Below, piece after piece: positions 18,137 through 27,409 of a stretch of 34,576 bases of DNA. Position numbers and translations under genes: made by a program. The DNA is from Candidatus Omnitrophota bacterium. Its GTDB lineage: Bacteria; Omnitrophota; Gorgyraeia; Duberdicusellales; 4484-171. The stretch lies in contig JBAYMZ010000001.1 in NCBI GenBank assembly GCA_041663385.1, positions 1 to 34,576 of the forward strand. Reading direction: 5' to 3'. Within the stretch, counting starts at the first letter, position 1. Every line of letters begins with the position of its first letter. Below the pieces are notes generated by a model that was not told the DNA's origin, ran no database searches, and saw nothing but the letters and a program-made list of their open reading frames with translations.

Positions 18137-19195
18137 TTAAAGGCTCAATCTACCGGTAAAACGGGAAAAAAACCTATCCAAGAAAGCAACAACCGGTTTA
18201 CCTAATCCACAAATAGCAGCCGGTAATAATATAGCATAAATACAGATTTTACAGAAATTACGCAAACTCTTCAAACCCTGGACTAAATATTTCAAAGAAA
18301 AACTTTTCAAGAGCAACTTAACCGCGGTTTTTCTGTCGCCAGCCTTTATCATGTTAGTTGCAATTTTAACATCATCCCAAAATTTATTATAGTCATATTG
18401 CGCTAATACGCCTGGGGTTATCGGTTTGCTCAACGCTGGGGAATCAAGAAAACAATCCAAAACTTGGATAACTTCTGATCTTGTAACCCGCGAACTTTCA
18501 TAAAGTGAGGAAGCTTGACGCGGATGAACTCTGCGCCGGATTAATCTTTCATTAATAACGCCTATTTTATATTTTTCGGCTATCTTCAAATATAAGAAAA
18601 TATCACTCGCTCCGCCCATCCAGTCGAGACACTCATCTAAATACTCCGTAGGATGCATATTTAAAAGAATTTTGCGGCGACCCATAAGCGTTGGGTACAC
18701 TAAAAAACTTCCTGATCGCTTAAGCATGTCCTGGTATAACTCCTCGAACGCATAAACGTTCTTCCCAGCTAATCCAGGGGGCAAATCAACTCCTTTAGAT
18801 ATTATTTCATCGTCTTCATTAATAATCCAATCCCCTGTTGAAACTACCGCTACATCCGAATTATGCAAAAGCATTTCTAATTCAGCAGCCACTATGCCGG
18901 GTTCATAAACATCATCGGCATGATAAACCGTCACGATATCAGAACTTGCCAACTCAAGGCAACGACGAAAATTTTGGTTACCTTCAATATTAGTAGCATT
19001 GCGATAATATTTTATCCGGGAATCGCCAAACGATTTAACCACGCTCTCAGTGTCATCCACTGAAGCATTGTCGCTGACTATAAGTTCAAAATTCGTATGA
19101 GTTTGTGCCAGCAAAGATTGAATCGTGCGGCCAATAAACCGGCCATAATTATATGTTTGAATGGTTAGGCTAACACGAACTCCGGATAAATCCAT
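18137..19195 (-). CDS. Family-2 glycosyltransferase with C-terminal membrane-associated extension
   Basis: SLTIQTYNYGRFIGRTIQSLLAQTHTNFELIVSDNASVDDT (GT-A N-terminus) and the YHADDVY DxD-like motif. Confidence 0.85.
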   Translation of the reverse strand: MDLSGVRVSLTIQTYNYGRFIGRTIQSLLAQTHTNFELIVSDNASVDDTESVVKSFGDSRIKYYRNATNIEGNQNFRRCLELASSDIVTVYHADDVYEPGIVAAELEMLLHNSDVAVVSTGDWIINEDDEIISKGVDLPPGLAGKNVYAFEELYQDMLKRSGSFLVYPTLMGRRKILLNMHPTEYLDECLDWMGGASDIFLYLKIAEKYKIGVINERLIRRRVHPRQASSLYESSRVTRSEVIQVLDCFLDSPALSKPITPGVLAQYDYNKFWDDVKIATNMIKAGDRKTAVKLLLKSFSLKYLVQGLKSLRNFCKICIYAILLPAAICGLGKPVVAFLDRFFSRFTGRLSL

Positions 19196-19197
19196 AG

Positions 19198-20106
19198 CTA
19201 GATTTTCTTAGTTGATTGATAAAAAAATAAATAATTTGTGTAACTCGTATCATCATCCACCAGGCCAAATTTTTCTATTTTTTCTCCGTTAATCACATAA
19301 CATTCATAACCGATATTCCTAAACATTTTAATAACGTCATTGGGGTGATACCCGAATTTTTTCGACCATTTCCTGAGCAGCTCGGAAAAAATTACAGGTT
19401 TATACTTTTTTATAGTCTCGAATCCGCCGTCAAAAACAAGTTTTTCCGCGCCCTCAACATCACATTTTATAAAATCTAACCTATCAACTCCCAGGGTAAA
19501 GAAAACATCATCTAATCTCTTTACCGAATGTTTAACCTTCACGGTGTTTCCACTATCGCGCAAATCAACCATTGATGAGGCACCGCAGCGCTCTTTGTCA
19601 AAGAAAAAGTCAACCTCTTCATTCACGTTTGCTAAACCAAAATTAAACGCGTTTTTAGTTTCCTGGCCGTTTAATGCTAAGTTTTTAATAAGCTTGTCAT
19701 ATATCTCCGGCATGGGCTCAAAAGAGAAAACTTTTATCTCTTTGAAATTTTTGAGCCAATTTAAGGTATACCAGCCTGAGTTGGCCCCAATATCAAGTAT
19801 TACATCCCCATCTCTGACCGTATTCAAAAGAACTTTTGTTTCTGCCTTTTCATACGAAGCAAAATCCAAAAAGGTAAACGGTACAGAAGTAACATCATAA
19901 GGAATACACACCATCTTAATCTGTGCATCGGCACTGCGAAAAGTGAAATAAACTTCGCCCTCTTTTATGGTTATATCCAAGATATCAGTGCCTTTAATAA
20001 AATCAGCATACTCATACAATATTTTATGGGCATCAAACATCTGTGCCATATACTGATACTTATCGAACTGATTACCTTTAAAAGCTTTCTGAATCTCTTT
20101 TAACAT
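19198..20106 (-). CDS. FkbM-family SAM-dependent methyltransferase
   Basis: DIGANSGWYT, FSFEPMP...Y..L..N and DFIKCDVEGAE motifs typical of the FkbM family. Confidence 0.85.
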   Translation of the reverse strand: MLKEIQKAFKGNQFDKYQYMAQMFDAHKILYEYADFIKGTDILDITIKEGEVYFTFRSADAQIKMVCIPYDVTSVPFTFLDFASYEKAETKVLLNTVRDGDVILDIGANSGWYTLNWLKNFKEIKVFSFEPMPEIYDKLIKNLALNGQETKNAFNFGLANVNEEVDFFFDKERCGASSMVDLRDSGNTVKVKHSVKRLDDVFFTLGVDRLDFIKCDVEGAEKLVFDGGFETIKKYKPVIFSELLRKWSKKFGYHPNDVIKMFRNIGYECYVINGEKIEKFGLVDDDTSYTNYLFFYQSTKKI

Positions 20107-21167
20107 TACACACCGCCACCTTTAAGAAAACTTTTAATAGTTCTTAAAAAACCATCTTTAACGCTGAAACGGCACCGATAGCCAATTTTCTCTATTTTTG
20201 CTGTTGACAATACCGGGCGTATTTTGTCCTTATTCTCAAGATAGAAACTGTTGTTGTCGCGGCTGGCGTAAACTACTTTTAATTTTTTTTCCGGGAACAA
20301 AGAAACAAGCAGATGTGCCAGTTTGCCTATCGCCATCTGCCCGTCTTTATTACCAACGTTATAACTTTCACCGGGATTGCCTTTCAATAAAACCCTGAAA
20401 AAACCTTCAGTAGCATCGCTGATATAGCAAAAAGTCCGACAGGCCAAACCGTCACTTTTTAAAACAATATCCTGGCCATTTACAATATTAGAAACAAATT
20501 CCGCAAACACTCTTTTGTCAATTTCTAAATCCATAGCCGGGCCATAGGTATGTTCCGGCCTTACCACAAATGTCGGTATTTTATACTGATAATGCCAACA
20601 CTTACACATATTCTCACCCATACGTTTACTCTCACCATAACAACTACGGACATCCATAGAATCCAGATAACCACTATCCTCCTCACTTATAATATTTTTA
20701 TTAACAGCTCCGCAAACTTCGCCGCTGCTAAAAAACAAAAAACCTTTTGATTTTTTTTCTCTGGCAAGTTCCAATAAGTTATAAGTGCCTAAAATGTTCG
20801 GGGTAATCACATTTATCGGATCGCTGCCATAGAATTGAGAACTGGCTGGGCTGGCGGCATGAATAATATAATCAATTTTTTCTTTAATTTTAAGCTTATC
20901 AACTACATCCGCGCAAATCACCTGGAATAAGGGGCTGTTTAAAAAATCGGCAAAGCGTTTTTTTGCTTTTTCAGGGTTACGGCAAAGCGCTAAAACTTTT
21001 ATATTTAATTCGGGACGGATATCATTCAAATGCATCAAAACAAACACCATATACAAGGGCAGCATCCCATAGGCTCCGGAAATCAAAACCGTACTGTCCT
21101 TAAATTTTTCCCAATCCAAACCACTCGTGCAAATGTTTTCTAAATCCTCTCTAATTATTTCATTCAT
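20106..21167 (-). CDS. Extended-SDR NAD-dependent sugar epimerase/dehydratase
   Basis: Rossmann N-terminus (VLISGAYGMLP), FSSGEVCG, and canonical YGESK (YxxxK). The ORF-track start 21173 is TTG. ATG 21167 is preferred. Confidence 0.85.
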   Translation of the reverse strand: MNEIIREDLENICTSGLDWEKFKDSTVLISGAYGMLPLYMVFVLMHLNDIRPELNIKVLALCRNPEKAKKRFADFLNSPLFQVICADVVDKLKIKEKIDYIIHAASPASSQFYGSDPINVITPNILGTYNLLELAREKKSKGFLFFSSGEVCGAVNKNIISEEDSGYLDSMDVRSCYGESKRMGENMCKCWHYQYKIPTFVVRPEHTYGPAMDLEIDKRVFAEFVSNIVNGQDIVLKSDGLACRTFCYISDATEGFFRVLLKGNPGESYNVGNKDGQMAIGKLAHLLVSLFPEKKLKVVYASRDNNSFYLENKDKIRPVLSTAKIEKIGYRCRFSVKDGFLRTIKSFLKGGGV

Positions 21168-21169
21168 AA

Positions 21170-22330
21170 TCAATATAATGTTATTATTTCGTTGGGCAGT
21201 TTTAGTTTTTCTTTAATCTGCCTGGCAACTTCATCCTGATAAGAATAAGTTGATATCAAAATTGGTATATCATCTTTTATGTCTTTCGGCAATCTTATTT
21301 CTACATTGTTTATTTTTTTACCACTATATCTGCTATTTGAATCCACAAAATACAATATTCTGGAAAGATCTAAACCGGAACCAATAAGCCTCTGGGTGTG
21401 TGTCCCCACGCCCCAAACTATTATCTTTTCTTTACCCTTAAGCTTCTCTTTTAGCTTTTCCTTAATTTCTAAATCCATTTTCCGGCATTTATCAATATAA
21501 TTTCTCAAGCACGGGCCGCAAGCCTCGTCCCTGACAATTGCAAAATCCTGCTCAATCGATTTAGATGATAAAATAAAAAGGTCAGGGTCTACTGTTTGAT
21601 TTACCCGGTTTTCATCTTTCAGCACTTTAACTATATTAAAAAAAGCGCTTGATAATAAATTTACGATTGAATACTGGGAAAAATAATTAATATGTTCAAT
21701 GCTGAATTGCTGAAAAGGGGTAAATATATAAGAATCAAAACGTTCCGCGTCAGGAATCTCAATAAACAACAAACCATTGTCTTTAAGCAGCGCTCGGATT
21801 TTATTCATGGCCGGCATGAAATCAACCAGATGTTCAAGAACTGCCGATAAAATAACCAAATCGAATGTTTCCTTGCTATAAAAATCTGAAATATTACCTG
21901 CTACAGCATCAACACCATATAATCTTTTTACAGAGGCTGCGCATGTTGACGACGGATCAAGCCCTAAAAGGTTTGAATATCCATGTTCCTTAAATAACGC
22001 CAATAGGCCGCCGGTGGAACAGCCAATATCCAATATTTTAGCGTTTTTATCGCTCATATAAGGGGACACAAACTTAACAATTTTTTCAAAATGCTCAGTA
22101 TAATTTTCAGAAACAATACCGTCATCATAATTAAATTCGTATTTGGACATGGCTGCATAATAGCCATTAAATTCTTTTTGCGATGGTATATTGTCGCTAT
22201 ATACAAACCCGCAGTTTGCGCAAAGAACAACATCGTAGCCATCCATTAAAGCAATGACTTTGTTGTTAAAATTCTGTCTGTATAACTGGGTTTTATTCGC
22301 ACAGGAACAAATAGGACAAAGTCTATTCAT
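21170..22330 (-). CDS. Class-I SAM methyltransferase with N-terminal Zn-ribbon and C-terminal Rossmann-like domain (TylCIII-type NDP-hexose C-methyltransferase architecture)
   Basis: CPIC...CANCGF Zn ribbon and SAM motif ILDIGCSTGG. The C-terminal IIVWGVGTHTQRL...YFVDSNSRYSGKKINNVEIRLP resembles the C-methyltransferase C-terminal domain (pattern recognition only). Confidence 0.7.
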   Translation of the reverse strand: MNRLCPICSCANKTQLYRQNFNNKVIALMDGYDVVLCANCGFVYSDNIPSQKEFNGYYAAMSKYEFNYDDGIVSENYTEHFEKIVKFVSPYMSDKNAKILDIGCSTGGLLALFKEHGYSNLLGLDPSSTCAASVKRLYGVDAVAGNISDFYSKETFDLVILSAVLEHLVDFMPAMNKIRALLKDNGLLFIEIPDAERFDSYIFTPFQQFSIEHINYFSQYSIVNLLSSAFFNIVKVLKDENRVNQTVDPDLFILSSKSIEQDFAIVRDEACGPCLRNYIDKCRKMDLEIKEKLKEKLKGKEKIIVWGVGTHTQRLIGSGLDLSRILYFVDSNSRYSGKKINNVEIRLPKDIKDDIPILISTYSYQDEVARQIKEKLKLPNEIITLY

Positions 22331-22347
22331 ATTTTAATTTTCCGGGT

Positions 22348-23361
22348 TTAATAAATTTTTTTAAGGCGCTCTACCGCGCCGTCGAGAACGTCTTCGGGAA
22401 ACAACCGATACTTAATAATATCGCATTTAGAACAGACTTTACCTGCAGCGTTAACCCCCTCAAGCATTAGGCGCCTGAATTTTCTAAAATGCTCGCTGTT
22501 CCAAATTTCGCATGCCGATTGATTATTACAGTCGCCAATAATCTCCGGATATTCAAACGAATAGCAGGGCACTACTTTTCCATCCGGGTTTATTTGCATG
22601 GTAAAAAAAGGTTGAGGGCATATTTTTACTTCTGAAACCGGTAATCCGAATTGAGTAACCGGCAAATCATTATTCTTTAATAATTTTCCATAATCTATGC
22701 CATGATGGATAGGCACCGTATGCTCAACAGACAAAGCATCACAAATATCTCCAAAAATATCATAAAAACGCTGCTCATCATTTTTATCTTCTAAAGCCGT
22801 ATCAACTATTTTAATATAAACCTGAGCTTTGCCTTTATTTTTAAAGAAGTATCTCAAATTTTCGATATATTTGTTAAAATCAATATCCACCCCGGAAACT
22901 TTCTTATATTTTTCTTTGGTTGTCCCCTGTACCGATACAACCAATCGCGAAAGGCCGTTCTTTATAAGATTTTTCGAAAGTTCTTTGGTTAAAAGCGAGG
23001 CATTGGTTAAAATCTCTAAAACATTAGCAACGTTTTTAGAGGCAGCATATTTAATCATCGCGGCAATATCTTTATGCAAAAGAGGTTCTCCTATGCCCAC
23101 GAAACGCAAAACTTTTATTTTATCAGGGAACGAAACCATATCGTCAATACATTTCTTATATAGATTAAAATTCATCATAGTGTCATCGGAAATAAAACCT
23201 CGTTTGGCCTTAGCGATAGAAAAAATACAATAGCAGCATTTAAAATTACAGGCATAAACCGGGAATATCTGCACAACAAAAGGAGTCGCCAGTGGCACAA
23301 CATCCGCCAAAAGAGTTCTTTTGCCTCCAGGAGCCTGCCCTCTGATATTTTTAGCCTTCAT
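22348..23361 (-). CDS. Radical SAM enzyme with Cys-rich C-terminal (SPASM/twitch-like) extension
   Basis: CNFKCCYC (CX3CX2C). C-terminal Cys residues in CPQPF...VVPCYSF...GDC...CEIW...CSKCD. ATG 23361 with GAGGT upstream is preferred over TTG 23367. Confidence 0.85.
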   Translation of the reverse strand: MKAKNIRGQAPGGKRTLLADVVPLATPFVVQIFPVYACNFKCCYCIFSIAKAKRGFISDDTMMNFNLYKKCIDDMVSFPDKIKVLRFVGIGEPLLHKDIAAMIKYAASKNVANVLEILTNASLLTKELSKNLIKNGLSRLVVSVQGTTKEKYKKVSGVDIDFNKYIENLRYFFKNKGKAQVYIKIVDTALEDKNDEQRFYDIFGDICDALSVEHTVPIHHGIDYGKLLKNNDLPVTQFGLPVSEVKICPQPFFTMQINPDGKVVPCYSFEYPEIIGDCNNQSACEIWNSEHFRKFRRLMLEGVNAAGKVCSKCDIIKYRLFPEDVLDGAVERLKKIY

Positions 23362-23375
23362 CGCCAACCTCTACG

Positions 23376-23870
23376 TTACATGTATTTACGATATAATTTA
23401 TGAAACTTTAGAATATTTTTGGGGCAATTGTCGTGCCATTTTAAATATCCTGGATCTTTTTCAGACAGCCCCTCATTCTTTGGTACAAACTTACCGGAGA
23501 CAAAACACTTATATAATATTGAAATAAAATGACTTCTTACTTTGAGTTCGGGATGAATAAGTTGAATTATTGCTAAGGGCACTTTTTCAAAACTGATACT
23601 AGTTCCTATTTCGGTTTTTGCGACCTTTTTGATTCTGGCTTCTATTGTTTCCTTAAACCTGACAATACCACCAGGAACATGCCAACCCTTGCCGCAATGC
23701 TCATCATCCCGCCAAGCCAAAAGAATACGCCCGCGTTCATCCTTGATTAAAAGATCCACATTTACCAAAGGTGTTGTTTTGCTAATGTAATAAAACAATT
23801 CTTGCGGCAACCCCAGCTCAGGCTTAGGGGCCTTTTTGCTGAGAACAGCTATAGCCTTTGTTATATTCAT
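23376..23870 (-). CDS. NUDIX hydrolase, GDP-mannose mannosyl hydrolase (Gmm/WcaH)-like
   Basis: Nudix box GGIVRFKETIEARIKKVAKTEIG preceded by GKGWHVPGG, which resembles the Gmm-type nucleotide-sugar hydrolase signature. Confidence 0.75.
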   Translation of the reverse strand: MNITKAIAVLSKKAPKPELGLPQELFYYISKTTPLVNVDLLIKDERGRILLAWRDDEHCGKGWHVPGGIVRFKETIEARIKKVAKTEIGTSISFEKVPLAIIQLIHPELKVRSHFISILYKCFVSGKFVPKNEGLSEKDPGYLKWHDNCPKNILKFHKLYRKYM

Positions 23871-23927
23871 ATAATCTCTATATCGTGAAAGAAGAAGTGT
23901 TGATTTGTTCTATCAATTATATTATGA

Positions 23928-25007
23928 CTATTTTACCTTATTAAACAGGATTTGAGTCTTGTCTTCATCATTAAAAACCTCGTCGCAGGGAACAGGCAAG
24001 GATTTTCCGTAAATCTTTTTAACCACATATTTGTCAATAAAATCACGGTCCTCGGCAATAAGGCAAGTGTCTACATGCCCCCCAAAATATTTGATATTCA
24101 GGCCCCGTTGAATTATATCTTTTAACGGCTCTTTAAAGACGTTGCCCAGCGACGTATGAATATACGGGCAAGGCAGGACATCGCCATATTGAGTTACGGA
24201 AAACATTCCTTTAACCGCGATACAACCCATATTTAGCCCATAAGCTGGCGTCAAATGAGTGAACACTTTATATTTTTTTTCAAGCGTTTCCATGTATTTC
24301 ATATCAGCTTTATTTACCAAAACATCAAAGTTGCCTTCCCAGGCACCAACGGGCTTAGCATAAGTCACAAACACACCTATACCTTTATTATTAAAGTACT
24401 CAACAAATTTAATGAACTCTTCACTATAAAGCCTTTGCTTAGTGACTACAGTTTGTATGAAAATAGCCAACCCGGCGCCTAAAACCGCATCAATCGCTTT
24501 GATGGCTCTTGCATGCGAACCTTTAGCCCCTCTAAAACTATCGTGCTCTTCGGGATTCAAACTATCGATACTTAATTGTATGCGGTCGATACCAATGCTT
24601 TTTAGATGCTTAGCTCGTCTTTCATCTAAAAGCCATCCGTTGCTATCACAGTTAATATAAAACTTTTGCGGATCGATAGACGCCACCAAAGCGTCTAAAT
24701 CTTTAAACACCAGCGGTTCTCCGCCGGTAATTGTTACCCGGGCCAGGCCAAGTTCATCTGCTTGACGGAAAAGATCCTTTACGTCAGCTATGGTAAATTG
24801 ACGCTTAGATTCTTTCCCCTGAAACCCTTTAACCGAACAATGCTGACATGCTAAATTGCAGGCATAATTATATTGAAATTGGATAATCGCGATGCTTTCC
24901 CCGCGTTTAAACTTTTCTTCAAATTTTAAGATTTTCGTGTAAACATACGGCTTCTCATTTTTTAATTTATTACGGTTATCTGTTTCTTGTGGTTTTAATT
25001 GTCCCAT
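23928..25007 (-). CDS. Radical SAM enzyme (MoaA/PqqE-like core with C-terminal Cys motif)
   Basis: CNLACQHC (CX3CX2C), GGEPL glycine motif, and C-terminal GDVLPCPY...C..ED Cys residues. Confidence 0.85.
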   Translation of the reverse strand: MGQLKPQETDNRNKLKNEKPYVYTKILKFEEKFKRGESIAIIQFQYNYACNLACQHCSVKGFQGKESKRQFTIADVKDLFRQADELGLARVTITGGEPLVFKDLDALVASIDPQKFYINCDSNGWLLDERRAKHLKSIGIDRIQLSIDSLNPEEHDSFRGAKGSHARAIKAIDAVLGAGLAIFIQTVVTKQRLYSEEFIKFVEYFNNKGIGVFVTYAKPVGAWEGNFDVLVNKADMKYMETLEKKYKVFTHLTPAYGLNMGCIAVKGMFSVTQYGDVLPCPYIHTSLGNVFKEPLKDIIQRGLNIKYFGGHVDTCLIAEDRDFIDKYVVKKIYGKSLPVPCDEVFNDEDKTQILFNKVK

Positions 25008-25008
25008 A

Positions 25009-26817
25009 CTAATCCTCTAGAGGCTTAACAAGCATATTCTCTTTAAATTCTTGCCGGTCTAAAAACGGCCACATATCCTCCATGGGTTTGGAGGTTACTG
25101 TACCATCAGGATTTAATTTAGAAACTACCCGCGGCGCGACAACTTGATCAAGAGAAACAGCTACCTCACAAATAACTGGTCCCGGCATTTTCAAAACTTT
25201 ATTTACTTTTTGTTTTATGCCGCTATGATTTTTAATGCGCGCAGTTTTAATACCATAAGCTTTGGCCAACTTAATAATATCAGGCAAAGTCAGGCCGCTG
25301 GAAGCATCACAAGCCACTAAATGACCGGAAAAATTATTTTTCTGAGTAGCCTTAATTGAAGCGTACCCGCCGTTACTTAAAATAAAATATTTTATAGGCA
25401 GCTTCAGACGCCGCAGTGTTTCTAATTCCTGAATGTTAAGTTGAAATCCTCCGTCGCTATTTATGCAAATCGTTCTCTGCCTTCCTGACGCAAGGCAGGC
25501 GCCGATACTAGCCGGCAAACCAAACCCCATCGCGCCGAGCCCCGGCGTATTAATAATCCGCTGGCCGGCCTTAACTTTAAAAGACTGCATAAATAATTCA
25601 CTGCATTGGCCGGAGCTTCCCGGGACGATCACGTCATTGCTTTTTAAAACATCGGACAACACATCAATCAAAATATAAGTATTAACCGCGCTTTTTTCTT
25701 TTCGATATTCCGGCAAAACAACCGGATATTTATTTTTCCACTCTGCGCAGCGCCGCAGCCACGCTATTCGATTATTAACCTTTATTTGCTTTTTATTTTT
25801 CAAAACTTCTTTCATAAAAGCTCCAGCATCAGCACAAATTGAGACATCGGCTTTAAATTTAAATTTTTTAATTTCATTAGGATCTATATCTATAATCACT
25901 TTGCTGGCTTCCCGGGCAAAATCTTTATGATTAAAAGCTAATTGAAGTAAATCCATGCGGGTGCCAAGCATGATGATGCAATCGCTGTTTTGCTGAATAA
26001 AATTAGCTCCCCGCTGGCCGATAATTCCCGGACGGCCAAAATAAAGATTATGACTTTCTGGAAGAAAATCAGCAGATTTCCAGGTAAGAAGTATTGGTAT
26101 ATTTAAATATTGCACAAGCGCACGAAAATCTTCTAGCGCGCCGGCTAAGCGTACGCCATTACCGGCAAGCAATACCGGACGCTCGGCTTTGTTAATGAGA
26201 GCTATAAACTTACCAACACTGCTTTTTAATTGCTCATCATTTTTTGATGCTTTAGGCAACAAAAAACTTTTTAGTTTAGTTTCATCAATCATAGCTGATT
26301 GCACATCTAACGGTATGTCCAACCATACCGGGCCGGGCCGGCCGCTTTTTGCTAAATATACTGCCTTCTCCAAATGATAACGTATGTCCTCAGGCTTATC
26401 CACTCTAACAACATATTTCGTTATCGGTTTAACCATAGGCACAATGTCAATCTCTTGCGGCCCCATTTGGCGCACGCCATGCAATAACGCTGAATCAGCG
26501 CGTTTAACCTGGCCGGAAAAAATTATTAAAGGTGTTGAATCCAGCCAGGCACCGGCTATCCCAGTAATAGCATTAGTGCCTCCCGGGCCGGAAGTTACCA
26601 CAGCTACGCCCAAATTTCCGCTATATTGACTGTAGCTTTCAGCACCAATAGCACAAGCCTGCTCATGGAGGTTACAAACATATTCTATTTCTTTATATTT
26701 ACCGACTGAATCAATTAAATGCATACAGCCACCGCCAGGCAATAGAAATACATGCCTTACGCCTTGCCGGACTACAAATTTAAATACATAATCAGAAAGT
26801 TTAATCATTGGGCACAT
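25009..26817 (-). CDS. Thiamine-diphosphate-dependent enzyme, acetolactate-synthase-large-subunit family (YerE-like candidate)
   Basis: GPGGTNAITGIAGAWLDSTPLIIFSGQV in the Pyr domain. ThDP-binding motif GLGAMGFGLPASIGA...SDGGFQLNIQEL...N. About 600 aa. The start may be ATG 26808. Confidence 0.85.
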   Translation of the reverse strand: MCPMIKLSDYVFKFVVRQGVRHVFLLPGGGCMHLIDSVGKYKEIEYVCNLHEQACAIGAESYSQYSGNLGVAVVTSGPGGTNAITGIAGAWLDSTPLIIFSGQVKRADSALLHGVRQMGPQEIDIVPMVKPITKYVVRVDKPEDIRYHLEKAVYLAKSGRPGPVWLDIPLDVQSAMIDETKLKSFLLPKASKNDEQLKSSVGKFIALINKAERPVLLAGNGVRLAGALEDFRALVQYLNIPILLTWKSADFLPESHNLYFGRPGIIGQRGANFIQQNSDCIIMLGTRMDLLQLAFNHKDFAREASKVIIDIDPNEIKKFKFKADVSICADAGAFMKEVLKNKKQIKVNNRIAWLRRCAEWKNKYPVVLPEYRKEKSAVNTYILIDVLSDVLKSNDVIVPGSSGQCSELFMQSFKVKAGQRIINTPGLGAMGFGLPASIGACLASGRQRTICINSDGGFQLNIQELETLRRLKLPIKYFILSNGGYASIKATQKNNFSGHLVACDASSGLTLPDIIKLAKAYGIKTARIKNHSGIKQKVNKVLKMPGPVICEVAVSLDQVVAPRVVSKLNPDGTVTSKPMEDMWPFLDRQEFKENMLVKPLED

Positions 26818-27394
26818 TCAAGATTTTAGTTAATAAATTTAAAGTTTCCTGAAGCGGAATTTTGGCTGCATTCCAAGGCTGAGGGATTAATATTCCTTTT
26901 ATTCCTAAAGAATCAACCGCCTTCACATTCAGAAAATTATCATCCACAAAAATATCGACTTTTCCAAGCCATTTCAAATATTCACTTTTATTAGCATCAT
27001 AAGCAATAATCCCTTCTTCTACCCTGTCCGGAACAAAACTAAATGTTCTAACCCAATTTCCAAAATACTTAAACACCCACCCGGACACCTGTGGAATACT
27101 CGATACCGGACGGCCGGTAATGGCTAAATGCCTGGCATGCCTGCCATATTTTTGAAACCAGTTTAAAATATCATCATCGGGTTTCATTAACCCGGCCTTA
27201 TCAGAAATCCTAAAAGCATCTAAAGACTTCAAGTACTCCCGTTCGGATATTCCTAAAATTCTACAGGGAGGGTTTTCTGTAATATTCTCATATTTAACCA
27301 AACATTCCGGATGCTTCGGCAACCATTCAAGTTCCAGCCACGAACGCATAAGACCATTTAAAACATCATCCACATCCCAAGCAATAGTTAACAT
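26801..27394 (-). CDS. HAD-superfamily phosphatase (NT5C-like DxDxV motif)
   Basis: N-terminal IAWDVDDVLNG (motif I) and C-terminal IFVDDN (motif IV). The ORF-track start 27400 is TTG. ATG 27394 is preferred. Confidence 0.7.
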   Translation of the reverse strand: MLTIAWDVDDVLNGLMRSWLELEWLPKHPECLVKYENITENPPCRILGISEREYLKSLDAFRISDKAGLMKPDDDILNWFQKYGRHARHLAITGRPVSSIPQVSGWVFKYFGNWVRTFSFVPDRVEEGIIAYDANKSEYLKWLGKVDIFVDDNFLNVKAVDSLGIKGILIPQPWNAAKIPLQETLNLLTKILNVPND

Positions 27395-27409
27395 AAGCAA
27401 TTTTCTAAT

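Noticed and set aside
22348-25007. SPASM-type radical-SAM genes as RiPP maturases
   Set aside because: Intergenic gaps in the operon are at most 57 nt, so there is no room for a precursor peptide gene. No peptidase or ABC-exporter genes are present. All neighbours are sugar-nucleotide enzymes and glycosyltransferases.
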